Program-made: the position numbers and the translations under genes
From: a bacterium
Lineage (GTDB): Bacteria > JADJOY01
Length of the DNA: 41,812 nucleotides
Assembly: GCA_046331705.1 (NCBI GenBank)
Contig: JAXLQJ010000060.1
Coordinates: 1-41,812, forward strand
Direction of reading: 5' to 3'
Shown here: one piece after another, positions 37,531 to 41,812 of the stretch
Layout: every line of letters starts with the position of its first letter
How positions within the stretch are numbered: position 1 is the first letter of the stretch
The notes under the pieces: generated by a model
The model's database searches: none
What the model saw: the letters and a program-made list of their open reading frames with translations, nothing else
What the model was told of the DNA's origin: nothing

Positions 37531-38676
37531 ATGCACCCGCTGCGCATGATCCAGAACCTGGCCTCGAACTCGGACAGCATCCGCGACGCGGTGCACATCC
37601 GAAACCCCAAGGTGCTCAAGGCGCTGCTCGGTCCGGCCACCCGCGGCTACGTGCTCCAGCGCGGGAAAGGGCAGCACTCCACCGACGTCGCCACGGGCTA
37701 CGACGCGCATTTCGTGTGGGAGTACAGCCGCGATCACGCGGAGCTGGCGAAGCTCTTCGCCGCCGCCAAGGCCGGCCAGTGGAACTCCGACGAGGTGCTC
37801 GACTGGAAGACCGAGGTGGACCCCTTCGATCCGGCGCGCGAGCTCATCCCCGAAGCCCTGCTGCCGCTCTCGGACATCCCCGTCTACACCAAGCTGTCGG
37901 AGCGCGAGCGCGCCGAGCAGCGCTATGCGCTCCTCGCCTGGATGCTCAGCCAATTCCTCCACGGCGAGCAGGGGGCGCTCTTCGCCGCGTGCCAGGTGAC
38001 CGAGGCGGTGCAGTGGATCGACGGCAAGCTCTACGGCTCCACGCAAGTCATGGACGAGGGCCGACACGTCGAGGTCTTCCACCGCTACCTCACCGAGAAG
38101 CTCGAGAAGTTCTACCCGATCAACGACAACCTCTACGTGCTGATCGACGCGCTCATGAGCGACTCGCGCTGGGACATCAAGTTCCTGGCGATGCAGATCA
38201 TGGTCGAGGGGCTGGCGCTGGGCGCCTTCGGCACCATCCGCTCCGCCACCAAGGAGCCGCTCCTGAAGGAGCTGCTCAAGTTCGTGATCACGGACGAGGC
38301 CCGGCACGTGCACTACGGCGTGGTCGCGCTCGGCGACTACTACACCAAGGAGCTCGGCGACAAGGATCGTCGCGAGCGCGAGGACTGGGCCTTCGAGATG
38401 TCGGTGTTGATGCGCAATCGCTTCCTCGCCCACGAGTTCTACGACGAGTACTACGCCCATCGCATGAAGCGCTCCGAGTGGAACCGGATCGTCCTCGAGT
38501 CCGAGTTCATGGGTTTCTTCCGCAAGACCATGTTCAAGCGCATCGTCCCCAACCTGAAGCGCATCGGGCTCTTGAGCGACCGCATCCGCCCCGCGTACGC
38601 CGAGCTCGGCTTGCTCGAATGGGAGAACGAGAAGGCCGCGCCCGACCTCACCGCGAAAGACCTGCTCGAGGAGTGA
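37531..38676 (+). CDS. Ferritin-like diiron protein (AurF/oxygenase-like)
   Basis: SQFLHGEQGAL, QVMDEGRH, VEGLALGAF, DEARHVHYG: two ExxH motifs with upstream Glu ligands; AAGGAG RBS. Confidence 0.88.
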   Translation: MHPLRMIQNLASNSDSIRDAVHIRNPKVLKALLGPATRGYVLQRGKGQHSTDVATGYDAHFVWEYSRDHAELAKLFAAAKAGQWNSDEVLDWKTEVDPFDPARELIPEALLPLSDIPVYTKLSERERAEQRYALLAWMLSQFLHGEQGALFAACQVTEAVQWIDGKLYGSTQVMDEGRHVEVFHRYLTEKLEKFYPINDNLYVLIDALMSDSRWDIKFLAMQIMVEGLALGAFGTIRSATKEPLLKELLKFVITDEARHVHYGVVALGDYYTKELGDKDRREREDWAFEMSVLMRNRFLAHEFYDEYYAHRMKRSEWNRIVLESEFMGFFRKTMFKRIVPNLKRIGLLSDRIRPAYAELGLLEWENEKAAPDLTAKDLLEE

Positions 38677-38692
38677 CGCGCGCTCCAGCGCC

Positions 38693-38725
38693 TCGAATGG
38701 CGCTCGCGCCGCGCGCGCCATTCGA
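38693..38725 (+). terminator. Stem-loop after the diiron protein gene (possible terminator or mRNA-stabilising hairpin)
   Basis: TCGAATGGCGC / GCGCCATTCGA 11-bp stem starting 17 nt after the stop; no U tract. Confidence 0.4.
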
Positions 38726-38851
38726 AGATCGAACGCCTACGTCTCGATCCCGAACGGCCCGGGTGCTCGGAAACGCACCCGCGTGCCGTCCGCGGTCGAG
38801 AGACGCGCCAGGACTCCAGGACTTTCGGGCTCCGACCGGCTACGCCCCCAC

Positions 38852-38868
38852 TCGGCACTCGAGTTGCG
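38852..38868 (+). promoter_or_regulatory. Candidate sigma54 promoter
   Basis: TCGGCACT-CGAG-TTGCG with exact GG-N10-GC spacing, about 95 nt upstream of ATG 38963. Confidence 0.55.
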
Positions 38869-38962
38869 TCACGGGGGCTCGTTGCCGTCCGTGCCCGGTG
38901 CCCGGGCACGGCACCAACCGGTCAGCATTCGCACGGCGCGCGCCGTGCGCGGAGCCTCGACC

Positions 38963-39589
38963 ATGGCGCAGTACGTGAGCCCCGATCCGATCCCCACCTC
39001 CGGAAGCTGCAACGCCGCGAACGAGATCACGAGCGACGCTCACGCGCAGCTTCGCGACTACGTGTGCAACCGGGTACGCATGCGCCCGAGCCTGAATCCG
39101 AGCGGCGCGGGCGTGAGCGCTCCCGCCGCCGGCGCCAAGCTCTTGAGCTTCCGGTGGCTCCTCGACATCGGCACTCCGTTCCTCCCGCCGGGTCCTCCAC
39201 GACTCCTGCGTCCCGTGCTGACGCTCACCAGCAGCGAGGCCGAGTTCCGGCCGGCGCTCGATCCGAACATGAACGACCTGATCTACTACCAGAACGCCGG
39301 GGTCGACGCAGCCGGCGTTCCGATCTGGAAAGTGATCGAGGTCCCAGCGCCGCTGGCCGACTTCAGCGACACGACGGTGCCGTTCGTGCCCGACACGATT
39401 CGCATCCACGGCGAAGGCGCCCGCGGCGCACTGATCTTCGACCCAATGCGGCCATTCGGCGACGTGGACATCTGGGTCGAGGCACGCCCGAAAGCCGGCT
39501 ACCGATCGATCTCGATCACCGCGGTGATCGAGTACAGCCTGGCGCTGGAAGCGAGCCGCGCCGAGACGCGGACCGTGTCCTTTTCCTGA
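38963..39589 (+). CDS. Hypothetical protein, no family recognised (208 aa)
   Basis: ATG 38963 with GGAG at 38951-38954; GC-rich third codon positions and globular, beta-rich composition. Confidence 0.75.
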   Translation: MAQYVSPDPIPTSGSCNAANEITSDAHAQLRDYVCNRVRMRPSLNPSGAGVSAPAAGAKLLSFRWLLDIGTPFLPPGPPRLLRPVLTLTSSEAEFRPALDPNMNDLIYYQNAGVDAAGVPIWKVIEVPAPLADFSDTTVPFVPDTIRIHGEGARGALIFDPMRPFGDVDIWVEARPKAGYRSISITAVIEYSLALEASRAETRTVSFS

Positions 39590-39634
39590 GCGTCTTCGAC
39601 GTGGCGATCCTCGCGCTCAAGTCGCGCGCGGCGA

Positions 39635-40066
39635 TCACGATTCCGCGCGCGACTTGAGCGCGGCGACCATCGCGGCAAAGCCGGCGCGCAAGCCGGGACC
39701 GGTCTTCCACGGCAAGAGTGGAACCACCCAACCGTCGAAGCGCGCGACCTGGACGAGCCGCGTGCGATCGGCGGCGAGCGGCTCGATGCGGAAGGCGTGC
39801 TCGCCATCGAAGAGGCCTGGCACGAGGAGCTTCGCGGCCCACGCCAGCTCACGCTCGGGCACCAAGCGCACGACCACTGGCCGGAACTGCATCGCGCGTC
39901 CGCCAGGCGGCGCGAAGGTGACGTCGAGGGTGGCACCCACGGCGAGCGCGCCGCTGGCTCGGACCACGAACGGATTCCACTCGCGATAGGCCGCGAGGTC
40001 GGTGAGCACCGACCAAACCCGCGCGGCGCTGGCGTCGACGTCCGCGCCGTTTCGGATCACACGCAT
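39635..40066 (-). CDS. SRPBCC family protein
   Basis: DASAARVWSVLTDLAAYREWNPF, F.P.V....PERELAW, GLFDGEHAFRIEP, GF.AM..ALK.RAE. Confidence 0.92.
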   Translation of the reverse strand: MRVIRNGADVDASAARVWSVLTDLAAYREWNPFVVRASGALAVGATLDVTFAPPGGRAMQFRPVVVRLVPERELAWAAKLLVPGLFDGEHAFRIEPLAADRTRLVQVARFDGWVVPLLPWKTGPGLRAGFAAMVAALKSRAES

Positions 40067-40100
40067 GGAGCGGGAATCTGGCTCGCCCAAGGGTCGCGCG

Positions 40101-40133
40101 CCTACCGACACCTACCGATCGGTAGGCTAGAGT
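40101..40133. promoter_or_regulatory. Palindromic operator in the divergent SRPBCC / acyl-CoA dehydrogenase promoter region
   Basis: Perfect 16-bp palindrome CCTACCGATCGGTAGG (40111-40126), an extra half-site CCTACCGA at 40101-40108, and adjacent TAnnnT hexamers (TAGGCT, TAGAGT). Confidence 0.65.
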
Positions 40134-40187
40134 TCCGGGCACACATCGCACCCCCCTACCACGCGGAGGGGAGGAGGACGCGTCACC

Positions 40188-41330
40188 ATGCTCGGCAATC
40201 CCTTCACCGAAGAACACGAGATGTTCCGCAAGACCGTGCGCGACTTCGCCGAGAAGGAGTGCGCGCCGCACTCCGAGGACTGGGACGAGGCCGGCATCTT
40301 CCCCCGCGAGGTCTTCAAGCGCGCTGGCGAGCTGGGGCTGCTCGGGATCCGGGTCGACCCGAAGTGGGGCGGCAGCGGCCTCGACTGGTGGTACACGACC
40401 GCTTACGCCGAAGAGCTGGTGCGCACCACCAACGCCGGCGTGAACATGGCGCTCATGGTCCAGAGCGACATGGCCACGCCGATCATTGCCGAGATCGGCA
40501 CCGACGAGCAGAAGGCCGAGTTCCTGGCGCCGGCGGTGGCGGGCGAGAAGATCGCGGCCCTCGGCGTCTCGGAGCCGGGCTGCGGCAGCGACGTGTCGAA
40601 CATCAAGACCGTCGCCCGCAAGGTCGGCGACGACTACGTCATCAGCGGCCAGAAGCTCTGGATCACCAACGGCACCCGCGCCGACTTCATCACGCTCGCG
40701 GTGCGCACCGGCGGCGAGGGCTTCGGCGGGATCTCGCTGGTCACCTTCCCCACCGACGTGAAGGGCTTCTCGGTGTCGAAGAAGCTCAAGAAGATCGGCA
40801 ACCTCTCGAGCGACACGGCGCTCTTGTACTTCGACGAGTGCAAGATCCCGCAGCGCTACGTGCTCGGCGAGGAGAATCAGGGCTTCTACCACATCATGAC
40901 GAACTTCCAGGGCGAGCGTCTGATCGCCGCCATCGCCTGTGTTTCCGGCATGGAGAAGATGATCGCGGACTCGATCGAGTACGGGAACACCCGGGAAGCG
41001 TTCGGCAAGCCGATCATCAAGTTCCAGGTGTGGAAGCACAAATTCGTCGAGCACCTGACCGCCATCGAGGCCGCCAAACGCCTCACCTATCACGCCGTCG
41101 ACCTCTACAACCGCGGCGAGACCTGCGTGAAGGAGATCTCGATGGCGAAGCTCTTCGCCGGCGATCTCGCCCAGCGCGTGGTCTACGACTGCCAGCAATT
41201 CCACGGCGGCTTCGGCTACACGACCGAGTACCACATCGGTCGCGCCTTCAAGGACGTCCGCCTCATCACCATCGGCGGCGGCACCAGCGAGATCATGAAG
41301 GAGATCATCTCCAAGCTCGTCGGGTTGTGA
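40188..41330 (+). CDS. Acyl-CoA dehydrogenase
   Basis: [76 protein letters not shown]. Confidence 0.96.
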   Translation: MLGNPFTEEHEMFRKTVRDFAEKECAPHSEDWDEAGIFPREVFKRAGELGLLGIRVDPKWGGSGLDWWYTTAYAEELVRTTNAGVNMALMVQSDMATPIIAEIGTDEQKAEFLAPAVAGEKIAALGVSEPGCGSDVSNIKTVARKVGDDYVISGQKLWITNGTRADFITLAVRTGGEGFGGISLVTFPTDVKGFSVSKKLKKIGNLSSDTALLYFDECKIPQRYVLGEENQGFYHIMTNFQGERLIAAIACVSGMEKMIADSIEYGNTREAFGKPIIKFQVWKHKFVEHLTAIEAAKRLTYHAVDLYNRGETCVKEISMAKLFAGDLAQRVVYDCQQFHGGFGYTTEYHIGRAFKDVRLITIGGGTSEIMKEIISKLVGL

Positions 41331-41812
41331 GCGTCCAGGGGAATACCCGCTCGCGTCCGTACAAGCGAAGCACCGAGCGGGCGTCGGCAGCAGGGCTCGC
41401 CGTGTTCGGGGTGCTGACGGCGACGGCGGGCGTCGTCAACGCGATCGTCTTCCGGGAATCCTTCGCGGACCGCTCGGTGCTCGGCGGCCTCATGCTGGGC
41501 TTCACCTGTGGTGGTGTGCTGGCCGGCACGGGAATCGTCGGCTGGCGGAAGCTCAGTCCCGAGAATGCCGCGCTGTTGGAACTGCCACAGGCCAAGTGGA
41601 CCTGGAGTCCCGACGATCGGTGGCAGGGAAGAATGATCCAGCAGGATCGGCTGCACGAGTTCCCGAGCCGCTACGACTTCGGCGGATTGATGCTGCTGGC
41701 GCTCGCGCTGGCGCTCACCCCGTCCCTGGTGGTCGACCTGCTGCATGGGCGCCGCCCGCGCGCCTGGGTGTTCTGGCCGCTCGCGATCGTCGCCCTGATA
41801 CCTGGCACGCTG
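41327..41812 (+). CDS. Hypothetical membrane protein, runs off the window end
   Basis: Not in the ORF track; GTG 41327 overlaps the ACAD stop (GTGA) and the frame stays open for 162 codons with about four hydrophobic segments ([44 protein letters not shown], ...). Confidence 0.7.
   Translation, partial: MSVQGNTRSRPYKRSTERASAAGLAVFGVLTATAGVVNAIVFRESFADRSVLGGLMLGFTCGGVLAGTGIVGWRKLSPENAALLELPQAKWTWSPDDRWQGRMIQQDRLHEFPSRYDFGGLMLLALALALTPSLVVDLLHGRRPRAWVFWPLAIVALIPGTL

Overview
Very GC-rich bacterial chromosomal segment; the gene content (Uma2 nuclease, pectin-acetylesterase-like lipoprotein, purE-tsaC, DUF1015, many two-component genes) suggests a Myxococcota/deltaproteobacterium-like genome (inference). 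About 40 real CDS can be separated from many shadow ORFs: xfp-sixA, a hydrolase-TetR pair, a DUF1295/cfa-like/NAPE-PLD-like lipid operon, an MFS and a LolD/FtsX-type ABC system, purE-tsaC, a roughly 12 kb signalling block, and a TetR/diiron-oxygenase/acyl-CoA dehydrogenase region. No rRNA, tRNA, CRISPR or transposase was seen. Main observations: (1) a 7.6-copy tandem array of a 147-156 bp multi-hairpin element separates the ABC ATPase from its permease, and a diverged solo copy 12.6 kb away carries compensatory stem changes, pointing to a structured repeat family; (2) a candidate trans-envelope signalling cluster (HEAT, REC, TonB-dependent receptor, substrate-binding protein, HAMP/PAS kinase, REC, REC-kinase, NtrC) lies behind a good sigma54 promoter; (3) a CarH/LitR-like 11-bp repeat operator overlaps the promoter of the lipid operon; (4) several palindromic operators are visible, two sharing a CTAC-N6-GTAG core. 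All family calls come from motif recognition by eye; no searches were run.
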